Source: Burkholderiales bacterium (GTDB lineage: Bacteria > Pseudomonadota > Gammaproteobacteria > Burkholderiales > SG8-39). From it: 64,000 nt of DNA. The stretch lies in contig JBIOYV010000131.1 of NCBI GenBank assembly GCA_044870335.1, positions 565 to 64,564 on the forward strand, read 5' to 3'. Positions 31,776 to 44,721 of this stretch are shown piece by piece. Both the position numbers and the translations under genes were made by a program. The notes beneath the pieces were generated by a model. It was given only the letters and a program-made list of their open reading frames with translations. It ran no database searches and was not told where the DNA came from. The stretch's first letter is position 1. Each line of letters begins with the position of its first letter.

Positions 31776-33181
31776 TCCGCGTCCGGCTTCGCGGGCTCGT
31801 CGTCCTCGATGCCGAGCTCGGCGATCTTGCGCGTGATGGTGTTGCGCCCCATGCCGAGGAGAGTGGCCGCCTCGATGCGCCGACCTGCGGTGCGCTCGAG
31901 CGCCTTGGTGATGAGCGCGCGCTCGAACTGACGCGAAAGCCCATCGAGGATCCCGGTCTCGCCGCGCGCCAGGCGCCGCTCGGCCTCGTGCTCGAGCGCG
32001 GCGAGCCAGTCCGCGCTCGTGGCCGCCACCTGGTCGCGGAACTCCGCCGGCAGGTCTCCGGTGTCGATCACCTGTCCCGGCGCCATCACCGTGAGCCAGT
32101 GGCACAGGTTTTCGAGCTGCCTCACGTTGCCCGGAAACTCGAGCCGTGCGAGGTGCGCAAGCGCATCGTCGGACAGCCGCTTGGGCTCCACCCCGAGCTG
32201 CCTCGCGCTCGCGACGAGAAAGTGCCTCGCGAGGAGCGGAATATCCTCGCCGCGCTCGCGCAGGCTCGGCAGCCGCAGGCGGATCACGTTCAGGCGGTGA
32301 TAGAGATCCTCGCGGAACGTTCCCTCGCGCACGCGCTGCTCGAGGTTCTGGTGCGTGGCGGCGATCACACGCACGTTGGCCTTGATCTGCTGGTGGCCGC
32401 CGACGCGATAGTAGTTGCCGTCGGAGAGCACGCGCAAAAGGCGCGTCTGCAGCTCGGGCGGCATGTCGCCGATTTCGTCGAGAAAAAGCGTTCCGCCCTC
32501 GGCCTGCTCGAAGCGCCCGCGTCTTTGCTGCTGCGCGCCGGTGAAGGAGCCGCGCTCGTGGCCGAAAAGCTCGGATTCGAGGAGATCCTTGGGCATCGCC
32601 GCGGTGTTGATCGCCACGAACGCCTTCTGGGCGCGCGCACTATGACGGTGCAGCGCGCGCGCCACAAGCTCCTTTCCGGTTCCCGATTCACCCGTGATGA
32701 GCACCGTAGCGCTCGACTGCGAGAGCCGTCCGATCGCGCGGAACACTTCCTGCATCGCGGGCGCCTGGCCGAGGATCTCCTTCGACTCGAACACCGTCTC
32801 GACGGCCTGCGTTTCGCGCCTGCTTTCGTCCAGCGCACGCCGAATCAGCTCGACCGCCTGGTCGACATCGAACGGCTTGGGCAGGTATTCGTACGCGCCG
32901 CCCTGGAACGCGGCGACGGCCGAATCGAGGTCCGAATACGCCGTCATCACGATGACCGGCACCGCAGGATGGCGCTGCTTCACCGCGTTCAGGAGCTCGA
33001 GGCCCGATAGCCCGGGCATCCGGATATCGGACACCAGCACCTCGGGCGAATCGCCCGAGAGCGCGTCGAGCGCATCCTGCGCGGAAGAAAATGAATTGAA
33101 GGCAATGCCTTCGCGGCTGAGCGCCTTTTCGATCACCCAGCGGATCGACCGATCGTCGTCCACGATCCAGACCGGTTTCAT
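31772..33181 (-). CDS. glnG: nitrogen regulation protein NR(I), sigma-54-dependent response regulator NtrC
   Basis: 469 aa. Receiver domain (VWIVDDD...DIRMPG), AAA+ domain (GESGTGKE, GAFTGA-like ERGSFTGA) and C-terminal HTH. Confidence 0.95.
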   Translation of the reverse strand: MKPVWIVDDDRSIRWVIEKALSREGIAFNSFSSAQDALDALSGDSPEVLVSDIRMPGLSGLELLNAVKQRHPAVPVIVMTAYSDLDSAVAAFQGGAYEYLPKPFDVDQAVELIRRALDESRRETQAVETVFESKEILGQAPAMQEVFRAIGRLSQSSATVLITGESGTGKELVARALHRHSARAQKAFVAINTAAMPKDLLESELFGHERGSFTGAQQQRRGRFEQAEGGTLFLDEIGDMPPELQTRLLRVLSDGNYYRVGGHQQIKANVRVIAATHQNLEQRVREGTFREDLYHRLNVIRLRLPSLRERGEDIPLLARHFLVASARQLGVEPKRLSDDALAHLARLEFPGNVRQLENLCHWLTVMAPGQVIDTGDLPAEFRDQVAATSADWLAALEHEAERRLARGETGILDGLSRQFERALITKALERTAGRRIEAATLLGMGRNTITRKIAELGIEDDEPAKPDAD

Positions 33182-34200
33182 GTGAGCGGCAGTAGGATCC
33201 TGAATATTGTGCGGCCGGGACGGGATTCGAACTCGATGACGCCCTGGTGATACTGGACGAACGTCTGCGCGAGCGAGAGCCCCAAGCCGGTGCCGCCTTC
33301 CCTGCCCGAAACGAGCGGATTGAAGATCCTGTCCTGGATCTCTTCCGGAACGCCCGGGCCGTCGTCGATCACTTGCAATTCTAATGCCAGCCTGTGGCGA
33401 TGCCGGAGGATGGTGATCTGCCTGATGGCTCTCGTTCTGAAAACAATGGAGCTAGAACCCGCCTGGGCGGAGTTGCGCGCAATATTGAGAACCGCCTGGA
33501 TAAGCTGCTCGCGATCGCCCACGAGATCCGGCAGGCTGGGATCGTAGTCGCGCTCGATCACCACGCCGAATTCCGCCTTCACCAGGCTGCGCACACGTTC
33601 CAGGACCTCGTGCACGCCGAGCGGCTCGATGTGCGGCGCGCGGTGCGGAGTCAGCATGCGGTCCATCAGCGCTTGCAGCCGATCCGCCTCCTGGATGATG
33701 ACTTGGGTGTATTCCTTCAATTCGGGCTTGTGAAGCTCGCGCTCGAGGAGCTGCGCCGAGCCGCGCAGGCCGCCGAGCGGATTCTTGATTTCATGAGCGA
33801 GATTGCGGATCAGCTCGCGGTTCGCCTGCTCGCCCGCCACGATGCGCTCCTCACGCGCGAGCCGCAGCTGCTGCTCGATCGGACGCAGCTCCGCGAGCAG
33901 CGCCAGCCCCGAGCCATCGATTCGCGTGACGACGCAGGAGAGAGGCTGCGGCTCGTGTCCCACGCGCGTGTAGGTCACGTTCTGCGCGGCGTAGTCCCAG
34001 TGCGTCGCGCGAGCTTCGCTCAGCGATCCTGCAAGCTCATGACGTTCGGCGAAAAGCTGGAGGAAGGGCTGGCCGATGAGGCTCTTCGCGCCGGTGGCGA
34101 GGAGGCTCTCGGCGGCCGGGTTGGCGTAGCGCACGACGAAGCGCTCGTCGAGCGCGACCACTGCGGTGGCGAGGAGCTCGAGCCCTGAGAACGAAACCAC
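33178..34200 (-). CDS. glnL: nitrogen regulation sensor histidine kinase NtrB
   Basis: 340 aa. PAS-like N-terminus, H-box LAHEIKNPLGG, and N/G boxes (DDGPGVP, GTGLGLS). 4-nt overlap with the ntrC start. Confidence 0.9.
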   Translation of the reverse strand: MVSFSGLELLATAVVALDERFVVRYANPAAESLLATGAKSLIGQPFLQLFAERHELAGSLSEARATHWDYAAQNVTYTRVGHEPQPLSCVVTRIDGSGLALLAELRPIEQQLRLAREERIVAGEQANRELIRNLAHEIKNPLGGLRGSAQLLERELHKPELKEYTQVIIQEADRLQALMDRMLTPHRAPHIEPLGVHEVLERVRSLVKAEFGVVIERDYDPSLPDLVGDREQLIQAVLNIARNSAQAGSSSIVFRTRAIRQITILRHRHRLALELQVIDDGPGVPEEIQDRIFNPLVSGREGGTGLGLSLAQTFVQYHQGVIEFESRPGRTIFRILLPLT

Positions 34201-34201
34201 G

Positions 34202-34669
34202 CTAGCGGTTCTGGTTCACCAGCTCGCGCTTGAGCGCTTCTACGTTCTTCTCGTGGGTTTCGACGCGGTCCTTGAAAGGCTGCAGGCGCTCGAGCACTCT
34301 CGCGTAGTTGCGCTCGTCGCCGGTGCGCACGGCTTCCTGCTCCGCGAGCTCCTCCTTCGCCTTGGCGAGGTTGGACTCCTCGCTGGCAAGCTCCTGCTGG
34401 AGGATCTCGCGTTGCTTGCCCTTGGCGTTCGCCCGATCGGCCGCCGATTCTCGCGGGAACCCGTTCGCCTTTCCCTGCTTCGGCGGCGGCGCCACGTTGA
34501 CCTGCGTGGTGACGAGCTGGCACTTGCGGCCGGCGGTCTCGCGGGCGTCGTTGGTGTAGCTCGCACGCCCGGAGGCGTCGACGCACTTGTAGATCTCGCT
34601 GCGCTGCTGCGCCGCCGCCGGCGCCGAAGCCACGGCGAATATGCCCGAAATCAATAACCTAAGCCCCAT
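34202..34669 (-). CDS. secreted DUF4124 domain protein
   Basis: 155 aa. Signal peptide, IYKCVDASGRASYTN (DUF4124-type), and a charged coiled-coil-like C-terminus. Lies between glnA and ntrB. Confidence 0.7.
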   Translation of the reverse strand: MGLRLLISGIFAVASAPAAAQQRSEIYKCVDASGRASYTNDARETAGRKCQLVTTQVNVAPPPKQGKANGFPRESAADRANAKGKQREILQQELASEESNLAKAKEELAEQEAVRTGDERNYARVLERLQPFKDRVETHEKNVEALKRELVNQNR

Positions 34670-34683
34670 GGAGGCGCAATATA

Positions 34684-34716
34684 CCGAAAAAGAAGGGGCG
34701 GGCCCATGCCCGCCCC
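34684..34716 (-). terminator. rho-independent terminator downstream of glnA
   Basis: 9-bp GC stem GGGGCGGGC / GCCCGCCCC (34695-34703 / 34708-34716) with loop CCAT. On the minus strand it is followed by TTCTTTTTCGG. Confidence 0.7.
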
Positions 34717-34744
34717 CTCTTCAACGTCCGAAGGGCAAAACCGC

Positions 34745-36160
34745 TTACGAGGCGTAGTACATGTCGAACTCGACCGGATGGGTCGTCATGCGGAAGCGCG
34801 TGAGCTCCTCGTTCTTGAGCGTGATGTAGGACTCGAGGAAATCCTCGGAGAACACGCCGCCGCGCGTGAGGAAGGCGTGGTCGTCCTGGAGGTGGTTCAG
34901 CGCCTCCTCGAGCGACGCGCACACGTGCGGCACCTTGGCCGCCTCTTCCGGCGGCAGGTGGTACATGTCCTTGTCGATGGGATCGCCGGGATGGATCTTG
35001 TTCTGCACGCCGTCGAGGCCGGCGAGCAGCATCGCCGCGAACGCGAGGTACGCGTTGGTCGTCGGGTCCGGGAAGCGCACTTCCACGCGCCGGCCGTTCG
35101 GGCTCGAGACGTACGGAATGCGGCACGCGGCCGAGCGATTGCGCGCGGAGTAGGCGAGGTTGATCGGCGCCTCGAAGCCCGGGACCAGCCGCTTGTACGA
35201 GTTGGTGCCGGGGTTGGTGATCGCGTTGAGCGCCTTGGCGTGCTTGATGATGCCGCCGATGTAGTGCAGCGCGAAGTCCGAAAGGCCGGCGTAGCCGTTG
35301 CCGGCGAAGAGGTTCTTGCCGCCTTTCCACACCGACTGGTGGCAGTGCATGCCGGAGCCGTTGTCGCCGACGACCGGCTTGGGCATGAAGGTCGCGGTCT
35401 TGCCGTACGAATGCGCGACGTTCCAGACGGTGTACTTGAGGATCTGCATCCAGTCCGCGCGCTGCACGAGCGGCGCGAAGCGCGTGCCGATCTCGTTCTG
35501 GCCCGCGGCCGCGACCTCGTGGTGATGCACTTCGACCTCGACGCCCTGCTGCTCGAGGGCAAGCGACATCGCGTTGCGGATGTCGAGCTGCGTGTCGATC
35601 GGCGGAACCGGGAAGTAGCCGCCCTTCACCGGCGCGCGGTGGCCCATGTTGCCCGACTCGTAGTCGATGTTGCTCGACCACGGGGCTTCCTCGGACTTGA
35701 TCTTCACCGAGCAGCCCGACATGTCGACGTTCCAGGTGACGCCGTCGAAGATGAAGAACTCGGGCTCAGGTCCGAAATACGCCACGTCGCCCATGCCGCT
35801 CGACTTGAGATAAGCCTCGGCGCGCTTGGCGATCGAGCGCGGGCAGCGGTCATAGGGCTTGCCATCCATCGGCTCGTAGACGTCGCAGCTGATGTTCAGC
35901 ACCGGCTCATCGGTGAACGGATCCATGCGCGCGCTCGCCGCGTCCGGCATCAGCAGCATGTCGGAGGCCTGAATGCCTTTCCAGCCGGCGATGGAGGAGC
36001 CGTCGAAGGCGTGGCCGAGCTCGAACTTCTCCTTGTTGAAGTACTTCACCGGTACGCTCACGTGCTGCTCCTTGCCGCGGGTATCGGTGAAGCGGAAGTC
36101 GACGAACTTCACTTCCTTGTCCTTTACGAGCTTCAATACGTCATCGGCGGTCATCGCCAT
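34745..36160 (-). CDS. glnA: glutamine synthetase type I
   Basis: ATG at 36160 ([26 protein letters not shown]...). 471 aa. The longer track ORF (to 36376) runs through the promoter region. Confidence 0.95.
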   Translation of the reverse strand: MAMTADDVLKLVKDKEVKFVDFRFTDTRGKEQHVSVPVKYFNKEKFELGHAFDGSSIAGWKGIQASDMLLMPDAASARMDPFTDEPVLNISCDVYEPMDGKPYDRCPRSIAKRAEAYLKSSGMGDVAYFGPEPEFFIFDGVTWNVDMSGCSVKIKSEEAPWSSNIDYESGNMGHRAPVKGGYFPVPPIDTQLDIRNAMSLALEQQGVEVEVHHHEVAAAGQNEIGTRFAPLVQRADWMQILKYTVWNVAHSYGKTATFMPKPVVGDNGSGMHCHQSVWKGGKNLFAGNGYAGLSDFALHYIGGIIKHAKALNAITNPGTNSYKRLVPGFEAPINLAYSARNRSAACRIPYVSSPNGRRVEVRFPDPTTNAYLAFAAMLLAGLDGVQNKIHPGDPIDKDMYHLPPEEAAKVPHVCASLEEALNHLQDDHAFLTRGGVFSEDFLESYITLKNEELTRFRMTTHPVEFDMYYAS

Positions 36161-36210
36161 CTGCGGGTCTCCTGAGCGTAGTTGGTTTGATGTAGTGGAT
36201 CGGCGACACC

Positions 36211-36226
36211 TGCATGTTCCGTGCCA
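36211..36226 (-). promoter_or_regulatory. sigma-54 (-24/-12) promoter for glnA
   Basis: The minus strand reads TGGCACGGAACATGCA (consensus TGGCAC-N5-TTGCA). Its 3' end lies about 50 nt upstream of the glnA ATG. Confidence 0.8.
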
Positions 36227-36298
36227 AAAAGTCGCCTTGAGATGCCTTGGAAGAATGAGGGGAAGTGACGGGGACCGGCGCATTCTACCCAAGGCCAA

Positions 36299-36345
36299 TG
36301 CACCGGATAAGGGCAATCTCGCGTCCGTTGCACAACGGAGGTGCG
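36299..36345. promoter_or_regulatory. two NtrC-type enhancer sites upstream of the glnA sigma-54 promoter
   Basis: TGCACC-ggata-AGGGCA (36299-36315) and TGCACA-acgga-GGTGCG (36329-36345), compared with the consensus TGCACC-N5-GGTGCA. Their centres lie roughly 110 and 140 nt upstream of the predicted start site. Confidence 0.6.
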
Positions 36346-36362
36346 ACGGCTGCACCCCTATA

Positions 36363-36812
36363 ATGCCCGCAGCCATGGACGACCCGAAGAAGGCCGCGGC
36401 GGACCGGGCCCGGAAGATGGGCTTGAGCTACGCCGGCGCGCTGCTGCCGGCCGAAGCCCACGCCCTCATGCAGCGCGGCGCCAAACTGGTCGACGTGCGC
36501 ACCAAGCCGGAGCTGCTCTATGTCGGCAAGATCCCCGGCGCCATCGCGGTCGAATGGCAGACCTATCCCGGGAGCCGTCCCAACCCCGAGTTCCTGGGCG
36601 AGCTGGCGGCCACCGTGCGCAAGGACGAGCCGGTGATGTTCATCTGCCGCTCGGGAGCACGCTCAAGCTCCGCCGCGGAAGCCGCCACCCAGGCGGGGTG
36701 GCGCGAGTGCTACAACGTGCTCGAGGGCTTCGAAGGTGACAAGGACGTGGAGCAGCACCGCAATACCGTTGGCGGCTGGCGCAAGGCCGGTCTGCCGTGG
36801 GTCCAGAGCTGA
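36363..36812 (+). CDS. rhodanese-like domain protein
   Basis: 149 aa (alternative ATG at 36375). Active-site loop FICRSGARS. Confidence 0.75.
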   Translation: MPAAMDDPKKAAADRARKMGLSYAGALLPAEAHALMQRGAKLVDVRTKPELLYVGKIPGAIAVEWQTYPGSRPNPEFLGELAATVRKDEPVMFICRSGARSSSAAEAATQAGWRECYNVLEGFEGDKDVEQHRNTVGGWRKAGLPWVQS

Positions 36813-36832
36813 AAAGGGGTCAGACCCCTTTT
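36812..36832. terminator. Bidirectional hairpin between convergent rhodanese gene and uppP (AAAAGGGG-TCAGA-CCCCTTTT)
   Basis: 8-bp stem with a 5-nt loop. The last base of stop codon TGA (36810-36812) and the first base of the minus-strand stop TGA (36832-36834) form the outermost A-T base pair of the stem. Confidence 0.65.
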
Positions 36833-37620
36833 CAGTCCTTCCAGTCGACCCAACCGAGATAGGCGGTAAGGAGCACCACCAAACCGAACACGATGCGATA
36901 CCACGCGAACGGCTTGAAGTCGTGCGTGGCGACGTAGCGGATCAGCCAGCGGATCACGACGAACGCCGAGACGAAGGCGACGACCATGCCGACGCCGAAG
37001 ATCGGCGCGTCGGCAGCGGCGAGCCTGTCACGGTGCTTCCAAAGGTCGTAGAGCCCTGCAGCGATCAGCGTGGGTACGGCGAGGAAGAACGAGAACTCGG
37101 TTGCCGCTTTGCGTGACAGGCCGAAGAGCATGCCGCCGATGATCGTCGCCCCCGAGCGCGAGGTGCCAGGAATGAGCGCGAAGCATTGTGCGATCCCGAC
37201 TTTCAAGGCGTCCAGCCACGTCATGGCCTGCGCGCTCTCGACGCGCGGCTGGAAGGATCTTTTTTCAACCAGCAGAATGATGACGCCGCCGATGATGAAG
37301 GCGAGCGCTACCGGCACGGCGTGAAAGAGATACGCCTTGATGTACTTCGAGAAAGCCAATCCCAGCACGGCCGCCGGGAAGAACGCCACGATCAGATTCC
37401 GGTAGAGCTGCAGATCGATCTTGAAGAACCGCGCGCGGTACTCCCACACCACCGCAAGCATGGCGCCGGTCTGGATGACGATGTTGAAGACGTTCCAGCG
37501 CTCGTCGTTCGCCCCGAGCAGGTCGCCGGCGAGAATGAGGTGGCCGGTCGAGGAGATGGGCAGGAACTCGGTGAGGCCCTCGACGATGCCGAGGACCAGT
37601 GCGTCAATGAGGTTGGACAA
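36832..37620 (-). CDS. uppP: undecaprenyl-diphosphate phosphatase
   Basis: 262 aa. [18 protein letters not shown] and [10 protein letters not shown] motifs. Confidence 0.9.
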   Translation of the reverse strand: MSNLIDALVLGIVEGLTEFLPISSTGHLILAGDLLGANDERWNVFNIVIQTGAMLAVVWEYRARFFKIDLQLYRNLIVAFFPAAVLGLAFSKYIKAYLFHAVPVALAFIIGGVIILLVEKRSFQPRVESAQAMTWLDALKVGIAQCFALIPGTSRSGATIIGGMLFGLSRKAATEFSFFLAVPTLIAAGLYDLWKHRDRLAAADAPIFGVGMVVAFVSAFVVIRWLIRYVATHDFKPFAWYRIVFGLVVLLTAYLGWVDWKD

Positions 37621-38392
37621 GGAACTCCCTGATGGCCTGCCAGAATGCAGGCACGTCGTCGGTGCTATTGTGCCCCGCGCCGCCCAGCTCGACCCACCGC
37701 TTCGGTCCCTGCCACGCCTCGAACAGGCGTCTCGAATGGACTGCCGGAATGACTTCGTCGCGCTCGGCGACGAGGCAGAGCAGCGGCGCGGCGATCGAAG
37801 GCGCGCGGCTCGCCGAGTCGAACGGGTGCTTCAGCATCCAGCTCACCGGCAGGTAGGGATAGTGGTGCCGCGCCACGTTCGTCAGGCTGTCGAAAGGCGT
37901 CGCGAGGATCACGGCCTGGACCGGCCGCGCGGCCGCGAGCTGGACGGCAACGCCGCTGCCGAGGCTGCGGCCGAACACGACAATGCTTTGCGCGTTCAGC
38001 TTTTGCCTGGCGTGGGCGTACCATTCCATCGCGTCGGACACCAGGCGCTCTTGCGAAGGCGAGCCTGCGCTCGAGCCATATCCGCGGTAGTCGACGAGCA
38101 GCCAGCCGCTGCCCGCGGCATTGCGCGCCGCGCGACCGAGCATCCACGAAACGTCTTCCGCGTTGCCACCGAAGTAGAGAATGAGAGGCGAGCCCTTGAT
38201 GTGCCAGGCATGCAGCCGCGTGCCGTCGCGCGCCTCGATGAAGAGGTCCGCGGCGCCGGGAAAGCCGTTCGCGGTCTGCGCGCGAGCCGCGTCGGTCGCC
38301 GGCTGCGGATGAAAGATCAGCCGGTCCTGCCCGACATACATGACGACGGGCAGCGCGAGCACCACGGCCACGGCGACGACGATCCATTCCAT
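37604..38392 (-). CDS. alpha/beta hydrolase (membrane-anchored)
   Basis: ATG at 38392 ([17 protein letters not shown]...). Nucleophile elbow GRSLGSG. It is the C-terminal 262 aa of track ORF 37604..40774, whose upstream part overlaps the kinase gene in another frame. Confidence 0.8.
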   Translation of the reverse strand: MEWIVVAVAVVLALPVVMYVGQDRLIFHPQPATDAARAQTANGFPGAADLFIEARDGTRLHAWHIKGSPLILYFGGNAEDVSWMLGRAARNAAGSGWLLVDYRGYGSSAGSPSQERLVSDAMEWYAHARQKLNAQSIVVFGRSLGSGVAVQLAAARPVQAVILATPFDSLTNVARHHYPYLPVSWMLKHPFDSASRAPSIAAPLLCLVAERDEVIPAVHSRRLFEAWQGPKRWVELGGAGHNSTDDVPAFWQAIREFLVQPH

Positions 38393-38400
38393 CGCACGGA

Positions 38401-40560
38401 TCAGGAAGCGACTCGCCCGGTCGCGTGGTCGACGACTTCCAGGATCCGGGCGCGCGAGTCGGCCTTCGACAGCCAGTCGGCGATGCCGTGGCGCTGCGGC
38501 TCGGCGACGCCGGCCTCGTCGCTCGTCAGCCCGGCCAGCATGATCACGCGCGTCTCCCGCAGCCGCGGGCGCAGCTCTTCCAGGAGCGCCAGCGTGTCCA
38601 CCCCCTCGAGGCGGCGCGCGAGCAGCCAGGCGCCGTAGTTCCAGCGCTCGAGGAGCTCGCCGACGGCGGTGGCGTCGGGCGCCGGGTCGACGCGGTAGCC
38701 CGCCCGCTCCAGAACCATCGTCAGGTACTCGGCGGTGACGCTGTCGGGCTCGGTGAGGAGCACGCGCACGGCGCTGTCGGCCTCGCCTTCGGCGGAGCTC
38801 AGCACGGGCAGCTCGAAGAAGAACGTCGTGCCCCCGCCGGACCGGTCCTCGAAGCCGATGCGGCCCTGCATCAGCTCGATCAGCCGCTTGCTGATGGCGA
38901 GGCCGAGGCCGGTGCCGCCCTTGATGCGCGAATCGGCCGAGTCGGCCTGGGCGAAGCGGCCGAAGATCTTCGAGCGGAACGCCTCCGGGATGCCCGGACC
39001 GCGGTCGCTCACCTCCACGCGCACCGTGTCGCCGCGCCTGGACACGCTTACGTCGACCGCGCTGTTGGGCGGCGAGAACTTGGCGGCGTTCGACAGCAGG
39101 TTGGTCATCACCTGCATCAGGCGCTTGCGGTCGGCGCGCACGATGACGCCCGGCACCGCGCCGTGCAGCGCGAGATTGGCGCGGAAGCGGTCGGCGTAGC
39201 CCTGGTTCAGGCGCACCGACTCGTTCAGGAGCGAATCGATCGGCATGGGCTCGGGCATCAGGGTGAGCCGTCCCGACTCGATCTTCTCGATGTCGAGCAC
39301 CTCGTTGATGAGGTCGAGCAGGCGCTGGCCGTTCCTTTCGGCGACCTCGACCAGCTCGCCCTGGTCCCGGTCCATGTCGCCCAGCGCCCCGCTGCGCAGG
39401 AGCTGCAGCGAGCCGAGGATCGAGGTGAGCGGCGTGCGCAGCTCGTGGCTCAGCGTCGAGGTGAACTCGCTGCGCATGCGCTCCGCCGCGCGCTGCTGCG
39501 TGATGTCGCGCCCCTGCAGCACGATCGAGTTGACCCGGCCCTCCTCGTCCGACAGCGGGGTCAGGGTCCACTCGCAGGCGAGCTCGAGACCGTCGCGCCG
39601 CAGGCACTGCTCGGCGATCAGCGTGACGGGCTTGCCGGCGGCGACGAACCCGGGCCACCAGGTCTGCGCGCGGCTGCGCTCGTCCGGGCCGAGCACCATC
39701 GCGATCCAGCTCCGGCCCACCAGCTCGGGGGCGGCGTAACCGAAGAGGTTCTCGGCCGCCGGATTCATGTCGAGGATCGTGGCGCCCGGGTCGAGCTCGA
39801 ACACCGAGATCGGGGCGCGCTCGGAAAACAGACGCAGCTTGCGGCCCGCGGCCTGCACCTCGCGGTGCGCGTCGAGCAGGCTGTCGAGCTGCTCGGCGAG
39901 CTGGGCCTGGATTTCGGCGTTGTCGGCGGACAGGCGCTGGTAGGCGGTGCGCAGGGCGTAGGCGGCCAGGAAGGCGCGCCCGAGCTCGTAGGCCGTGATC
40001 ACGTTCGCGACGTAGAGCAGCGGCACCGCCGCCCCGAGCAGGCGCAGGAATTCGGTGCCGTGCGAGAACAGCACCACGTTGAACGGCAGCATCACCGCGG
40101 CGGCGTAGATGGCGTACACCCACCAAAGGGTCGAGAAGATCGGCAGCGCGCCCGCGGTGACCAGCGCGACGATGAACGACAGGAACACCTGGTGGTCGAC
40201 CCCGCCCGGAAAGAACACCGCAGCGCCGTAGCCCCAGCCTGCGCCCAGCGCGGCCGCGCCGATCGCGAGGCGCCGCGCCCAGGTGGCCGCCTGCTCGGCG
40301 CGGTCGGCGGCGCGGCGATAGGCCCAGGCGAGCCCGACCACGAACATGGCGAGCACGACCATCAGGGCCTGCCACGACATCACCACCTCGGGGGCCTCGG
40401 AGCGCCAGAGGAAGGCGCTGAGGATTACGCTCACCGCAAGGGTGGCGCCGGCGGCGGGGACGAGGCGGCGGTAGGCGAAGTCGCAGCGCTCGCGCAGGAG
40501 CTGGGGCGAGGCGCCCTCGCGCGGCATGCCGGAAAAATCCCTGGGCGCCTCTTGCAGCAT
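38401..40560 (-). CDS. membrane-bound PAS sensor histidine kinase with C-terminal receiver-like domain
   Basis: 719 aa. About 6 N-terminal hydrophobic segments, a PAS region, H-box LSHELRTPL, N box NLLSNAAKF, G boxes DRGPGIP / GTGLGLAI, and a C-terminal CheY-like segment. Confidence 0.85.
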   Translation of the reverse strand: MLQEAPRDFSGMPREGASPQLLRERCDFAYRRLVPAAGATLAVSVILSAFLWRSEAPEVVMSWQALMVVLAMFVVGLAWAYRRAADRAEQAATWARRLAIGAAALGAGWGYGAAVFFPGGVDHQVFLSFIVALVTAGALPIFSTLWWVYAIYAAAVMLPFNVVLFSHGTEFLRLLGAAVPLLYVANVITAYELGRAFLAAYALRTAYQRLSADNAEIQAQLAEQLDSLLDAHREVQAAGRKLRLFSERAPISVFELDPGATILDMNPAAENLFGYAAPELVGRSWIAMVLGPDERSRAQTWWPGFVAAGKPVTLIAEQCLRRDGLELACEWTLTPLSDEEGRVNSIVLQGRDITQQRAAERMRSEFTSTLSHELRTPLTSILGSLQLLRSGALGDMDRDQGELVEVAERNGQRLLDLINEVLDIEKIESGRLTLMPEPMPIDSLLNESVRLNQGYADRFRANLALHGAVPGVIVRADRKRLMQVMTNLLSNAAKFSPPNSAVDVSVSRRGDTVRVEVSDRGPGIPEAFRSKIFGRFAQADSADSRIKGGTGLGLAISKRLIELMQGRIGFEDRSGGGTTFFFELPVLSSAEGEADSAVRVLLTEPDSVTAEYLTMVLERAGYRVDPAPDATAVGELLERWNYGAWLLARRLEGVDTLALLEELRPRLRETRVIMLAGLTSDEAGVAEPQRHGIADWLSKADSRARILEVVDHATGRVAS

Positions 40561-40590
40561 GCTCTATCTTAAGACCCAAAGGATCGTATT

Positions 40591-43655
<3,065 letters not shown>

Positions 43656-43742
43656 AAAGGTACCACAGCCGCGTGGGGCGTGACGCGCCGATAAGCTAGA
43701 ATCGCCCTCCTCCCGCAGGCCGATAAAGCGGGCCAAGAACCA

Positions 43743-44396
43743 ATGAATCTCGAGCAAGCGCGCATCAACATGGTCGAGCAGCAGATCCGCACCTGGGAGG
43801 TGCTGGATCAGGAAGTGCTCGACCTGCTCTATGTCATCCCGCGCGAGGAGTTCGTGCCGCCGCAGCACCACGCGCTCGCGTTCTCCGACCTCGAGCTTCC
43901 GCTCGGGGAGGGCGAGCGCATGTGGCAGCCCAAGCTCGAGGCCCGGGTGCTGCAGGAGCTCGCCCTGAAGAGGACCGACCGCGTGCTCGAGGTGGGCACC
44001 GGGAGCGGCTACCTCACCGCGCTGATGGCGTACCGCGCGGCCGAGGTGTGCTCGGTCGAGATCCGCGCCGCGCTCGCGGACTTCGGCAGGCGCAATCTCG
44101 AGCGCCACGGCGCGGACAACGTCATGCTGGAGATCGGCGACGCCGCGCGCGGCTGGGCGCGGCACGCGCCTTACGACGCGATCGTGCTGACGGGCTCGAC
44201 GCCGATCCTGCCGCAGCCCTTTCTCGACCAGCTCGCCGCGGGCGGGCGCCTTTTCGCGGTGGTGGGCGAAGCCCCGGCGATGCAGGCGCGCCTCGTCACC
44301 TGCACCGCGCCGGGCGCCTCGAGCAGCGTGGACCTCTTCGAGACGGTCCTGCGGCCGCTGGCGAACGCCGAGCACCCCCGGCGTTTCCGCTTCTGA
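43743..44396 (+). CDS. protein-L-isoaspartate O-methyltransferase family protein
   Basis: 217 aa. SAM motif VLEVGTGSGYLTA. PCMT-like layout. Confidence 0.8.
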   Translation: MNLEQARINMVEQQIRTWEVLDQEVLDLLYVIPREEFVPPQHHALAFSDLELPLGEGERMWQPKLEARVLQELALKRTDRVLEVGTGSGYLTALMAYRAAEVCSVEIRAALADFGRRNLERHGADNVMLEIGDAARGWARHAPYDAIVLTGSTPILPQPFLDQLAAGGRLFAVVGEAPAMQARLVTCTAPGASSSVDLFETVLRPLANAEHPRRFRF

Positions 44397-44397
44397 C

Positions 44398-44721
44398 ATG
44401 GAACGGATCACCGCGGGCGAGCTCGCCGCATGGCTCGCCGACGAGCGCCGCGAGAAACCGGTTCTTCTCGACGTGCGCGAGCCGTGGGAATACGAAAAGG
44501 CGCGCATCGAGGGCGCGACCCTGATGCCGATGCGCGAGCTGCCGTCGAAGATCGGGCAGATCGACGAGGACCAGGAAGTGGTGGCGATCTGCCATCACGG
44601 CGGACGCAGCATGCAGGTGGCGATGTTCCTCGAAAAGCAGGGCTTCAAGCGCGTGCACAACCTCGTGGGGGGCATCGATGCCTGGTCTCGCACCGTCGAC
44701 CCGGCGGTTCCGCTCTACTGA
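44398..44721 (+). CDS. rhodanese-like sulfurtransferase (GlpE-like)
   Basis: 107 aa. Active-site loop AICHHGGRS. Confidence 0.85.
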   Translation: MERITAGELAAWLADERREKPVLLDVREPWEYEKARIEGATLMPMRELPSKIGQIDEDQEVVAICHHGGRSMQVAMFLEKQGFKRVHNLVGGIDAWSRTVDPAVPLY

